A stretch of 63,344 nucleotides of DNA, counting the filler. It is 9 parts of 9 records of this genome, joined end to end, with 100 filler letters (N's around TTAATTAATTAA, not from the genome) between each part and the next. Parts side by side here need not be neighbours in the genome. Positions count along the whole stretch, not along the records: positions 1 to 5,655 come from SRR31156797_50414; positions 5,756 to 12,868 come from SRR31156797_50440; 7 more parts are not named here. One strand, written 5' to 3'. Under the pieces are notes generated by a model. That model was given only the letters and a program-made list of their open reading frames with translations. It had not been told where the DNA came from and did no database searches. Shown piece by piece: positions 1 through 9,663 of this stretch; the stretch's first letter is position 1; each line of letters opens with the position of its first letter. Position numbers and translations under genes: made by a program.

Positions 1-190
1 GATTGAGTTCATTTTTTCAAGCATATCTCATCCTCACCTTGTCTTCCAGCGCGTTCTGTTGGAATCGAAGAGCTGTTCTGTCTGCTTCAGATCTCTGTAG
101 ATGTGTCTTGGCACGCAGTTCAAGTAGAATTTTTCATCACGTTTTTGCGTGAGACTTTCATCTTTAAAAATATCCTTCCCGAAGCCCTTG

Positions 191-1216
191 TTATTTGGTC
201 CGCCGCAAGGAGCGCGTCGTCCGGATCGTCGGCTCGCCGAGAATGGCCCGTGGGCAGAGCACGTCGGAGATGAGCCGCCGCAGCCGGGCGCCTTCGATCC
301 GAGTGTGAAAATCATTGCCCATTTCGTCCTGATATCGGCCGGTGAGCTTGCGGCCAAGAAAAGTAGCGATGTTCTCGGGTTTGACCGAGTGGACGGCGGT
401 CCGGATCAATTCCTCATAGATCGGCAAAAGGTCGGTCTGACGAAAAAAGACGATATCGGTGGCGTATTCGACCTGCATGCGGCTCCAATGATACCCGGCT
501 TTAAAATGGTTAATGACCGGGCAAAACTTTTCGGCGAACTGATTCAGCTTTTTATGAAGTCGCTCCGGATGGATTTGGTCGGCCAATGCCTGAGTCTCAT
601 CCCAACACTCGACATAAACAAAGGCGTTGTCGACCATCTCAAAGCCGATGTCATGTTCCCGGAGCTTGGCCGCCAGTTCACCGTGGCCGTTGTAATAAAA
701 CTGAAGGCGGAAAGGCGCCCAGGTGGGGACGCGCAGATAGCAAAGGCCCAGATCGGAATCTATGAAGTAAAAATAGTAGTGCAGGCACTTGGCCTGGTCG
801 GGCTTGAGAAAGGCCTGATGGGTCTTTTTGTCATGCCAGGGTTTGTAGGTCGGGCACGGCTCCATGGCCGAAAAAACATGAACCAAGCCCGGGTGATCGC
901 CTCGTTGTTCCACGAACGCGCGGATGCGCTCTTCTTTGCGGAATTTATTTTTGCGGATGAATTCGATCTCAAGACCATTTTCTTTGGCCAACCGCTCGGC
1001 ATTGGCCCGGGTTTCTTCTCTCAGAGGCTCGGCCCATTTGGCATAATCGAAAATCCGGATTTTGTTGGCCTTCATGAAGCCGGTCATCCCTCCGGCATAG
1101 CAGATGCCCGGGATCGTACCGGTGATAACAACACGGTCGAAGCAGGACAGGTCGCCGCGAATCTTGGAGGCATGACGGTCAGTGAAATGTACCATGATAC
1201 GCCCTTCCTCAAACAA
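191..1216 (-). pseudogene. C-terminally truncated putative transposase
   Basis: Family similarity ends at about residue 309 (TRIEG). The remaining ~30 aa look unrelated, and the C-terminal part recalled for full-length members is absent. Confidence 0.6.
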
Positions 1217-1293
1217 TTTGAGGAACCATTATTACAAATCAGAAAAGCCGCGTGAAGCAATAACCTGTTTGGTTCCGGCTATGCCGGATTAGG
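191..1293 (-). mobile_element. Truncated IS-like element: uncharacterised transposase-like ORF (191-1216) plus 5' terminal hairpin
   Basis: The ORF carries motifs FDRVVITG, CLHYYFYFID, YLRVPTWAPFRLQFY, DNAF, QVEYATD and FLGRKL..TRIEG, which I recall from a multicopy ~500-aa family often auto-annotated as 'MarR family'. The sequence diverges right after TRIEG and stops at 341 aa. The upstream end reads CCTAATCCGGCATAGCCGGAACCAAAC on the minus strand. Confidence 0.65.
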
Positions 1294-1339
1294 CATAAGT
1301 AATTTGACGCCCCGTTGGCTTCCATGGGGCGTTATATTT

Positions 1340-1774
1340 TTATGAAGTCCGTTCGGCCTTGCCCGGTCCCCAAAAACAGAAAAAAGCAGGCGGCAACAAG
1401 GCCAGGTCTCTGACCAGAGTCATAATCCCCGCATTTCGAGCTTCGGCCGAGGTTGAGAAACAACCGCACTGAAAATTCAATCCACGGGCCAGGTTATAGG
1501 TCAGCACAGCGGCGAAAAGCAGCACAAGACCGGTAAGTATAAAGGAAGAAGAAAAGGTGTATCTTCCGCTGATAAGGATTATTCCAGCGACAAGTTCCAC
1601 CCAGGGCAATATGACGGCGGTAATATTGACCAGTTGAGTGGGGAGAATCTTATAATTAAAAACCAGTTCCGCGAATTGTTCTGGATTGACAAGCTTATCC
1701 AGGCTGGCCCAGATAAAGACTCCGCCCAAAATCAGTCGTGAAATGAAGTGTATTATGCCTCGGGCGTTTTTCAT
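1340..1774 (-). CDS. DoxX / MauE family membrane protein
   Basis: RLILGGVFIWASLDK start, LPWVEL motif, CGCF motif, multiple TM segments. Confidence 0.85.
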   Translation of the reverse strand: MKNARGIIHFISRLILGGVFIWASLDKLVNPEQFAELVFNYKILPTQLVNITAVILPWVELVAGIILISGRYTFSSSFILTGLVLLFAAVLTYNLARGLNFQCGCFSTSAEARNAGIMTLVRDLALLPPAFFCFWGPGKAERTS

Positions 1775-1777
1775 TTT

Positions 1778-2290
1778 TTAATTCACTCCAATATTCCCGC
1801 CGGAGGCCACAGGATTGTCATGGGACATCCACTCCTCCATTCCGCCAAGAAAAACCGCTGTTTCGTCATGGCCCCGTTTTTTTATTGCTTCGGCCATTTG
1901 CCTGGCTGAAGGGCATGACGGACCGTCGCAATATGTAATAATCCGGGTTGAAGCATTAGTTTTTCCAAGAAAGGTCGGCAATAATTCATCAGCCTGCTCT
2001 AGCGGAATGTTGACCGCTCCGGGGATATGTTCCATGAGGAAAAAATCTTTTGGGCGGGCGTCGATTATTTTCACGTTTTCTTTTTGGTAAATCAGTAGCA
2101 ACCGAGCCGATTCGACAGCTGGAATGCCGTTCGGCAATACTTTTTCAGCACGCCGGGCGATGGTTTCATCCCAATCCTGCACCAATGGGAACGACTCGGC
2201 TCTGAGTGCATTGAATGTCAAACCGATCGCCGCTGACAAAATCACTATAATAAATGAGATAAACAGATTTTTTCCAAGGCCGTTATTCAT
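1778..2290 (-). CDS. Membrane-anchored rhodanese-like domain protein
   Basis: N-terminal TM helix, IIDAR, HIPGAVNIP, YCDGPSC active-site loop, GGMEEW. Confidence 0.85.
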   Translation of the reverse strand: MNNGLGKNLFISFIIVILSAAIGLTFNALRAESFPLVQDWDETIARRAEKVLPNGIPAVESARLLLIYQKENVKIIDARPKDFFLMEHIPGAVNIPLEQADELLPTFLGKTNASTRIITYCDGPSCPSARQMAEAIKKRGHDETAVFLGGMEEWMSHDNPVASGGNIGVN

Positions 2291-2349
2291 ATTTTTTCTT
2301 TCGATTCACGTCAATTATCGCGCCCCATAAATACACCCTCAATGGCATG

Positions 2350-3060
2350 TCAGTCAATAAGCCGTTTTATGAGTTTGTTTAGTGAGGTCCCGGCCCTGGC
2401 CAGAGAATCGCTATCAGGAGCTTGCTCATCAATAATTCCCAGGTCCGGCAGGGCGCCCAGGAAAGGCGCATCGGTAAACATCATAGTATGCTCCACGTTA
2501 GTGGAAAGGCTTTTGTCTTCAATGTCGCCCCGTTTGCCATAGCAGAATCCCAGGGTTTTGACGCCCCTGTTTTTCAGGGCTTCAATGGTCAGCAGGCAGT
2601 GATTTATTGTTCCCAGGCCCGCGCGTCCGACAACCAGCGCATCCAGATTGATGTCTTTGAACAGATCGCCGGCAAGCACGCCGTCACCCATGGGAACCAG
2701 CAGCCCCCCTACCCCTTCCACCAGGACAAAATCGTGACTCCTGCTCAGTTCATGATAGCACGGACCGACGCTGCCCAGGTCTATTTCAAGGCCCGCGGCT
2801 TTGGCGGCGGCCAGGGGAGACATGGCGCCGGGGACGCAGACCGGATTGATAAGTTCCCATGGGTCTTCCAGTTTTGCGGCCCTGGCGACAAACAGTGCAT
2901 CAGGAGAAACAAGCCTGCCGTCAACAGGGACGCCGTCGCTGCCCACGGGTTTCATGTACGCGGCGTCCACGCCTTTTTCCTTGAGCGCGCAGACAATAGC
3001 CGCACTGACGACGGTTTTTCCGACTTCGGTGTCCGACCCTATTACAAAAACGCCTTTCAA
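2350..3060 (-). CDS. bioD: Dethiobiotin synthase
   Basis: GSDTEVGKT P-loop, KPVGS, VEGVGGLLVP, LGTINH; overlaps the bioF stop. Confidence 0.95.
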   Translation of the reverse strand: MKGVFVIGSDTEVGKTVVSAAIVCALKEKGVDAAYMKPVGSDGVPVDGRLVSPDALFVARAAKLEDPWELINPVCVPGAMSPLAAAKAAGLEIDLGSVGPCYHELSRSHDFVLVEGVGGLLVPMGDGVLAGDLFKDINLDALVVGRAGLGTINHCLLTIEALKNRGVKTLGFCYGKRGDIEDKSLSTNVEHTMMFTDAPFLGALPDLGIIDEQAPDSDSLARAGTSLNKLIKRLID

Positions 3061-4238
3061 GACAGCACTCCGGTTTTATGGGCCGCATTAACAATCAAGC
3101 TGACCGCTCTTTCAATCTGTTCGCTTGTATGAGTCGCCATCAGGGACAGTCGCAGCCGGCATTCGCCAGGCGGAACCGTGGGAGGCCTCATGGCCGGACA
3201 ATAAAGCCCGGTATTGCGGAGTTGAGCGGCCATGGCCAATGTAGGTTCGGTTTCGCCGATCATGATGGGAACAATCGCTGTCGGGCCGGAACCAGGCCGG
3301 AGGCCTGTTTCGGCTAGTTTTTGCTTGAAATTTCTAATGTTGTCATGCAGGCGCGCCCGGGTTTCAGGTTCTTGGTCCACAAGCGACAACGATTTGATAT
3401 TCGAAGCCAAAACCGAGGGAGGAAGTCCGGTTGTATAAAACAGGGTGCGAGACCGGTTGCGAAGATATTCAATTACCAGTTCGGGGCCGGCAGCGAATCC
3501 GCCAAGGCCGCCCAGGGCCTTGCTGAATGTGCCGATCTGGACAACGCCCTTGGGATCAACGCCTGAATATTCCAGGCTGCCCCGCCCCGTTTCTCCCAGG
3601 ACGCCGGTTCCGTGGGCGTCATCCACTATGAGTAGGGCGCCTTTGCTCTCGGCCAGTTCCGCCAGCTCGGCCAGGGGGGCGACGTCGCCGTCCATGGAAA
3701 ATACCCCGTCAGTCAGAATGACGGCTCTTTGATCGCTTATATCGCTCATCGCCTTTTTATATGAGGAAACATCGGCATGAGTCGCAATTCTGACTTCCGC
3801 TTTTGAAAGCCGACAGGCGTCCACAAGACTGGCGTGGTTGAGTGAGTCGCTGATTATTATATCGCCCGGACCGGCCAGTCCGGCTACAACTCCCAAATTA
3901 GCCATAAAACCGGTGCAAAAAACCAGTGCGTCGTCAGTGTGTTTAAAAGAGGATGTCTTTTTTTCAAGTTCGGCATTCAAACCTAGGTTGCCTGATATCA
4001 ACCGCGACGCCCCGGCGCCGACTCCCCATTCATCGGCGGCCTTTCGGGCTGCTTCCTTCAGGGCGGGATGTTGTGTATAGCCAAGATAATCATTACTGCT
4101 GAAAAGCAGGACGCGTTGATTATCAATGGTTATTTCCGGCCCATGGACCTCTTCGACATCCACCATTTTCCTGGACAGGCCCCTGGCTTTTTGTTCGTTC
4201 AAGGTTTGTTCAAGTTTCTGTTCCCAAAGTGAATGCAT
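3057..4238 (-). CDS. bioF: 8-amino-7-oxononanoate synthase
   Basis: FSSNDYLG, GAGASRLISG, LNHASLVD, DGVFSMDGD, DDAHG, GTFSKALG (PLP lysine), RPPTVP. Confidence 0.95.
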   Translation of the reverse strand: MHSLWEQKLEQTLNEQKARGLSRKMVDVEEVHGPEITIDNQRVLLFSSNDYLGYTQHPALKEAARKAADEWGVGAGASRLISGNLGLNAELEKKTSSFKHTDDALVFCTGFMANLGVVAGLAGPGDIIISDSLNHASLVDACRLSKAEVRIATHADVSSYKKAMSDISDQRAVILTDGVFSMDGDVAPLAELAELAESKGALLIVDDAHGTGVLGETGRGSLEYSGVDPKGVVQIGTFSKALGGLGGFAAGPELVIEYLRNRSRTLFYTTGLPPSVLASNIKSLSLVDQEPETRARLHDNIRNFKQKLAETGLRPGSGPTAIVPIMIGETEPTLAMAAQLRNTGLYCPAMRPPTVPPGECRLRLSLMATHTSEQIERAVSLIVNAAHKTGVLS

Positions 4239-4677
4239 GTTATAAATACTCCGGTTTGACTGCTATTATGACAGGCCTTTTTTACAATACCGGTTAGGCC
4301 GGGCCCGCCGGGATAGGATTTACCTTATTATATGTTTCAAAGCCCGCAATAACCATGTCCCAAAGACTAATAAAGGCCCGCGGTTCAAGCAGGCCTGAAT
4401 TCATTTGCGTTTATCTTTTTAACAGAAAAGGGCGATAAAAAGCCAGTCTAAAGGGGCGCTGTCAATTTTAGCAATAATTTTGAACTATTATTCTTTTTTT
4501 GATATACGCGTCCGACCGCCTTGCCTTTTTTATATCCGTTTTTACCCTTTACAGGTTGAATAACAGTCTGAAATATTAATTTATTTTCCTTAAAGGTTGA
4601 CAGCGCACTTGATTAGGATGGATACTTTTAATAGGAAAAGTTGTAATGAAGAACCGCCTAAATCTTTGGAGGTGAAT

Positions 4678-5289
4678 ATGGCTGAAAAACAAGGCGCCGC
4701 GCCGGTTCAACAAGATAACACTAGAGAGATAAAACAGAAGATTATTGAAGCGGCCAGCCAGTTATTCGAGAAAAAAGGTCTTTACGAGACCTCGGTAGCC
4801 GAAATCGCCGAAGAAGCAGGTATAAGCGTACCCGTGACCTACCATTATGTCAAACGCAAGTCCGATATCATGCTGTTGATAATGGAGGATTTCACCAATA
4901 AATTCATAAATATGTCAACCACGGTATTAAAGCCGCCGGATGCGCCGGACGAAAAGCTTCGAAAAGCTATTGAGTTATATATTCGGCTGGTAGATGAAGA
5001 CCTGGTAAAAGTAGTATTGGTATATCGGAAGTCCAGAACGCTTGATAAAGACGGACGTAAGAAAATCATGGCCGACGAAACCGAGGCTGTATCCGTTTTT
5101 GAGAGAATTTTGGAGGAAGGTATAGAAAAAGAGGTTTTCCGCAAGGTAGACACAAACCTGACGGCCTATAACATAATAATGTCCGCGCACGCCTGGGCGT
5201 TGAAATCATGGCATTTAAAAAAGAAATACGATCTACCGGCATATATAAAAGCGCAGACCGAATGCATCATCAGATGCATATCAATTTGA
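4678..5289 (+). CDS. TetR/AcrR family transcriptional regulator
   Basis: IIEAASQLFEKKGLYETSVAEIAEEAGIS..TYHY HTH; ATG at 4678 preceded by GGAGG. Confidence 0.9.
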   Translation: MAEKQGAAPVQQDNTREIKQKIIEAASQLFEKKGLYETSVAEIAEEAGISVPVTYHYVKRKSDIMLLIMEDFTNKFINMSTTVLKPPDAPDEKLRKAIELYIRLVDEDLVKVVLVYRKSRTLDKDGRKKIMADETEAVSVFERILEEGIEKEVFRKVDTNLTAYNIIMSAHAWALKSWHLKKKYDLPAYIKAQTECIIRCISI

Positions 5290-5349
5290 CACGGCGGGCC
5301 TAAAGCCTTATACAAGGCGTGTAAGAAAACAAAGTTGAAAGATTATTAA

Positions 5350-5583
5350 ATGACAGTTCTCCAATTTAAGAAATATGATGTAGTCCAGGAAATTATGGAC
5401 TCTTTGACTGATGACGAAGACCAGGTTGTCGAAGCCCTGGTAATTGGCAGAAAGAAGAGCGGAAACAGGTTTTCCTTTATTACCTATACGGAAAACATAC
5501 CGGAATTGCTCGGGTATCTGGAAACAATAAAAACAGACCTTGTCCTGGAAATGATTACGCAGGCTGAGAGGGGCGAAGATTAG
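5350..5583 (+). CDS. Hypothetical protein (77 aa)
   Basis: Clean ORF with protein-like composition downstream of TetR; no recognised motif. Confidence 0.55.
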   Translation: MTVLQFKKYDVVQEIMDSLTDDEDQVVEALVIGRKKSGNRFSFITYTENIPELLGYLETIKTDLVLEMITQAERGED

Positions 5584-5632
5584 TCGGTGTTATGTAATAA
5601 AAGTATAATTGGAAACTCGGACGGACTATCTT

Positions 5633-5655
5633 GTAGGTTGGGTTAGCGTAGCGTA
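5633..5655 (+). repeat. GTAG-type REP element, cut by contig end
   Basis: GTAGGTTGGGTTAGCGTAGCGTA at the contig end; GTAG followed by the left arm of a palindrome. Confidence 0.6.
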
Positions 5656-5755
5656 NNNNNNNNNNNNNNNNNNNNNNNNNNNNNNNNNNNNNNNNNNNNT
5701 TAATTAATTAANNNNNNNNNNNNNNNNNNNNNNNNNNNNNNNNNNNNNNNNNNNN
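5656..5755. other. Artificial contig linker
   Basis: N44-TTAATTAATTAA-N44, stop codons in all six frames. Confidence 0.99.
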
Positions 5756-5989
5756 CCGCCAGAATTCTTCCAGGATAATGGCATGTTCCAAAAAACCGAG
5801 GCCCGCGCCCCCGTATTCTTCATCAATGAAGACGCCTAGGAAACCCAGTTCTCCGGCTTTTTTGATAAGTTCCGGGGGAAAAATTTCATTCCGGTCACAA
5901 TCCCCTGCGATATCCTTTAGCTCTCCCAGAGCAAACTCCCTGGCCGCCCGGCGAATATCCTTTTGTTCCGCTGAAAATTCAAAATCCAT
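5756..5989 (-). CDS. Acyl-CoA dehydrogenase, N-terminal fragment (contig end)
   Basis: MDFEFSAEQKDIRRAAREFA...ELGFLGVFIDEEYGGAGLG. Confidence 0.9.
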
Positions 5990-6010
5990 TGTTTTCTCCT
6001 TATATTCAAT

Positions 6011-7603
6011 CTAAACAGCCCCCCAGGCCTTGCCGCCGGTGTCCTCGGATTGTTCGCGATACCGGTCCCGCAACTCCCGTCGGAGCAATTTGTAGCCGCC
6101 ACCGGTCATGGGCATTTCAGAGAGGCCTATGAAATCCACTGATTTCGGTTTTTTGTAGGATGCCATCCGCTCTGCGCAGAATTCAATCAGTTCCGCCTCC
6201 ATGCATTGGGCATTGTCCTTGAGCACCACCACCGCCTTGACGGATTCCCCCCATTTCTCATGGGGGATACCGATGACGCACACCAGATGAACGGATTCAT
6301 GGGCGGAAATCACATCTTCCACCTCCCGGGGATAGACGTTCAAACCGCCGGTGACGATCATGTCTTTTTTGCGGTCCACCACATAATAAAAACCGTCTTC
6401 ATCCACCCTTACCATATCGCCGGAATGCCACCATCCATCACGGAAGTCATCCGCTTCCGGTTTGTTCCAATAGCCGTCGGAAACCGCTTCGCCTTTAATG
6501 GCCAGTTCTCCGATGCCCCCCGGTTCCACTTCCTTGTTGTCCGGGTCGACGACCTTGGTCCGGTATCCAAGGCAGGCTTTGCCGATGGATGTCAGCCGCT
6601 TTGAAAGGGGACCTTTAATGCTGACTTCTTCGGGCCGCAACACGGTTCCCAGGAGGGCGGTTTCCGTGGTGCCGTACAACTGCACGAATTTTTCTCCCAG
6701 GTATGAGGCCCCTTCCTTCAACAATTCTTGGGAGATGGGTGCCGCTGAGGTGAACCAACTTTCAATGTGGGAAAAATCGGTTTTTTTCGCATCGGGATGG
6801 CGGATCACATTGGCCAGGAGCGTCGGGCTGAACTGGGTGAAGGTGATCTTGTCTTTATGGATGATATTTAAAATCTTTGCCGCGTCGGGATTGGTGACAA
6901 TCAATGTGCATCCTCTCGTTATGGCGGTCAGGGTTAAACCGGTACCGCCTGAGGTGTGTAACGGCATGAGCAGCGCCCATCGGGTATGGGGATGGATGCT
7001 CAGTTCACCGGCCCAGACGGTTGCGCTGAAACTCCATTTCCGATGGGTCAGGGGTGCGCCTTTGGGTTTTCCCGTGGTACCGCTGGTGTAAATCAGGGTG
7101 GCCATATCGTCTTCGGCGACAACGACCTGGGGCTCTTCCGTTGAACCTTCGGCAATCATTTCCTCAAAACCGTATTCACAGGTGGAATCCTCTCCAATCC
7201 CGATGAAAAATTCCACGGATTCGAGCCGGTTCCGAATGGGCGCTATCTTCTTTTTAAAGATATCCCCGTCGACCATAAAAGCCCGTGCGCCGCTGTCATG
7301 GATCTGGTAGGCGATTTCGTCGGGCATGAAGGTCCTGTCTATGGGGGCAATGGCCATGCCGGCTCTGGCAAGGGCCAGCAGGGAAAGAATATGCCCCAGT
7401 CCCGTACCGGTCTGAACCGCCACCCGATCGCCCTTTTTGAGCCCCAATATCATCAAATTATTGGCCAGACGGTTAACGGTCTCGTTCAATTCTTTATAGG
7501 TGTATCCGGTCCCGGCAGGAAAATATTTTCCATAGTCGTCCCTGACGGCGGGTTTATCCGGATAATTTCCCGCTGATCTTCTGAGCGCGTCTCCAATTAA
7601 CAT
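6011..7603 (-). CDS. Acyl/aryl-CoA synthetase (AMP-forming)
   Basis: YTSGTTGKPKG, YGTTE, SGDMVRVD, DRKKDMIVTGG, YPREVE motifs. Confidence 0.93.
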   Translation of the reverse strand: MLIGDALRRSAGNYPDKPAVRDDYGKYFPAGTGYTYKELNETVNRLANNLMILGLKKGDRVAVQTGTGLGHILSLLALARAGMAIAPIDRTFMPDEIAYQIHDSGARAFMVDGDIFKKKIAPIRNRLESVEFFIGIGEDSTCEYGFEEMIAEGSTEEPQVVVAEDDMATLIYTSGTTGKPKGAPLTHRKWSFSATVWAGELSIHPHTRWALLMPLHTSGGTGLTLTAITRGCTLIVTNPDAAKILNIIHKDKITFTQFSPTLLANVIRHPDAKKTDFSHIESWFTSAAPISQELLKEGASYLGEKFVQLYGTTETALLGTVLRPEEVSIKGPLSKRLTSIGKACLGYRTKVVDPDNKEVEPGGIGELAIKGEAVSDGYWNKPEADDFRDGWWHSGDMVRVDEDGFYYVVDRKKDMIVTGGLNVYPREVEDVISAHESVHLVCVIGIPHEKWGESVKAVVVLKDNAQCMEAELIEFCAERMASYKKPKSVDFIGLSEMPMTGGGYKLLRRELRDRYREQSEDTGGKAWGAV

Positions 7604-7645
7604 AATCGATCTCCTTAATAACCATTACAAAAAATTTCACCTCCA

Positions 7646-9568
7646 TTACTTGAGCATCATGGCCGGCAGCCAGAGGACTGTCTGGGGAAATATGACGAAG
7701 ATTAAAAGACATAACAACATGATCAAAAGAAAAGGAAGTGCTCCTTTTATGACTTTTGCCAGGGTAAATCTGGAGATCCCGTAAATCAAAAAAATATTCA
7801 GTCCCACGGGGGGCGTCAATAACCCTATTTCCAACATGACGATAAAAAAAACGCCGAACCAGACCGAGTTGAATCCCGCCGATATTATCAGTGGGTAAAA
7901 AACCGGCAGCATGATGACCATGATGGATGCCGAATCCAGAAACATGCCAAAAATGAAGAGTACAACGGCGACAAGGGCCAGCGTCGCATGGGGTGATATC
8001 CCGGCGCCGTTTACAAATTCAACGAGGTGCGCCGCAATCCTCAATTGAGAAGTTACCGCTCCGAATATCCGTGCCCCCACAATGATCAGGAGAATCATTG
8101 AGCTTATTTCCGCTCCGGTTAAGATGCATTTAAGGAGTTCTTTCCAGGCAAGGGTTTTCATGAAAACAACCGTAACCAGGATCGCATATATGACCATCAC
8201 GGCCGCGGCTTCAGATGGCGTGAATATCCCCGCGTATATCCCTCCCAGAACGAATACGGGGGCGAACAGGCCGCAGAGGGCGCCTTTGACGGCCACTTTT
8301 TTTTCTTTCCAAGAGGAATTCCCAGATGAGATTTCCCGGGGAATCCGTCCGTTTTCAAACAAAGATTTTTTATGAACAGCGCCCCGAATCATAACGTAAA
8401 GGCAGTAGCAACCGAAAATGATTCCTCCGGGGATTATGCCGGCAACAAATAATTGACCGATGGATTCCCCTGTGATGACGCCGTAAAGAATATAACCTAT
8501 GGAAGGTGGAATTACGGTTCCTATGGTGGAACCCGCGACCACGCCGCTGGAAAGGGCTTTGTCGTAGCCCTGCTTTATTAAAATGGGCAAGGCCACCGCG
8601 GCGATGATGGAGGTTGTGGCAACGCTGCTTCCGCTGATGGCGCAAAAGAATCCCCCCACCAAGATGGTTGCCACAAGGGGTGCCGCATGAAATTTGCCGG
8701 AAAAATGTTCGAAAAGATCAAAAACTTTGTGAACCACCTTCCCCTTTTCCATTATCATTCCGGCGATTATGAATAGCGGTAAACATGTGAGGGGAAAACT
8801 TTCCACGGCCTGAAAGGCGAAAAAGGGGATTTGCCTGAAAACGCCTTTTCCTATGAGCAGATAAAGCCCCACCGTGCCGACGAGTCCCAGGGCCAAAAAC
8901 ACAGGCATCCCCGAAAACAGCAACGTCAGGGTCAAAACGCACAGGCCCAACATGATGTCCACTTTTACGGCCAAGCCCAGGCTTGCGGCGATCATTAATA
9001 TTAACAGAAGGGTGTAGGGCAGGAAACTGCTTCTGAATTTTGAATCTTCGGAATAATGAGTGGTTGCATGGTTTTTAAGGGCCTGGAATTTTTCTCCGAT
9101 TATCCTGAAGGTTTCCAGGCAAAGTAAAAACGCCCCCAGAACGATGGATGAAATAAGAATTCCCTTGGGTATGGGGATTTCCGATATGGTTGAGACGGAA
9201 GATGCAAATGATCTGGAGGCCCAAATCCAGCTGCTGTATCCCAGAACGCCGATAAAGATCAATGATATGACGGAAATGGAAATGCCGAATCCCGGCTTGA
9301 CCCTTTCCGGAAGAAAGTTCACCAGAATATCCACTGATATATGGCGTTTTTGCCTCAGGGTATAGGCTGCCGACAGAAAAGTGAAGACGATAAGGGAGTA
9401 GGCGCATAAATCAAAAAGACCCTGTATGTGTACCCCCAAAAAATATCTGGCAAAGACCTGGACGTCTATGAAGACGGAGAGAAGCATAATCAGCCCAGCC
9501 GCGATTGCGCCCGTGAGAAGCATGGTTTTATCTATCGCAGAATCCAAAAACATTAAGGCTTTTTTCAT
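7646..9568 (-). CDS. TRAP transporter fused small+large permease (DctQ-DctM)
   Basis: N-terminal DctQ-like 4-TM part (HISVDIL) fused to DctM (AISGSSVAT, IPPSI, GIFTPSEAA, TPPVGLN). Start placed at MKKAL with GAGG upstream. Confidence 0.9.
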   Translation of the reverse strand: MKKALMFLDSAIDKTMLLTGAIAAGLIMLLSVFIDVQVFARYFLGVHIQGLFDLCAYSLIVFTFLSAAYTLRQKRHISVDILVNFLPERVKPGFGISISVISLIFIGVLGYSSWIWASRSFASSVSTISEIPIPKGILISSIVLGAFLLCLETFRIIGEKFQALKNHATTHYSEDSKFRSSFLPYTLLLILMIAASLGLAVKVDIMLGLCVLTLTLLFSGMPVFLALGLVGTVGLYLLIGKGVFRQIPFFAFQAVESFPLTCLPLFIIAGMIMEKGKVVHKVFDLFEHFSGKFHAAPLVATILVGGFFCAISGSSVATTSIIAAVALPILIKQGYDKALSSGVVAGSTIGTVIPPSIGYILYGVITGESIGQLFVAGIIPGGIIFGCYCLYVMIRGAVHKKSLFENGRIPREISSGNSSWKEKKVAVKGALCGLFAPVFVLGGIYAGIFTPSEAAAVMVIYAILVTVVFMKTLAWKELLKCILTGAEISSMILLIIVGARIFGAVTSQLRIAAHLVEFVNGAGISPHATLALVAVVLFIFGMFLDSASIMVIMLPVFYPLIISAGFNSVWFGVFFIVMLEIGLLTPPVGLNIFLIYGISRFTLAKVIKGALPFLLIMLLCLLIFVIFPQTVLWLPAMMLK

Positions 9569-9663
9569 TAGGCATTTCCTCACGGGCATCCGCATTGATC
9601 GGCTTGACGGCACTTGTTCCGAAACAAGTGCCGATCGAATGATCTCATTTCCACTCCGGGTCC

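Noticed and set aside
1-190. Short minus-strand ORF (34-357) and a possible gene start MLEKMNSI at the window edge
   Set aside because: Overlaps the truncated element, or is too short to assign.
149-1255. 368-aa plus-strand ORF antisense to the transposase-like gene
   Set aside because: No recognisable motifs; best explained as a shadow frame of the minus-strand gene.
4240-4610. Possible BirA operator upstream of bioF (GGTTGACA half-site near 4595)
   Set aside because: No matching left half-site at the expected spacing.
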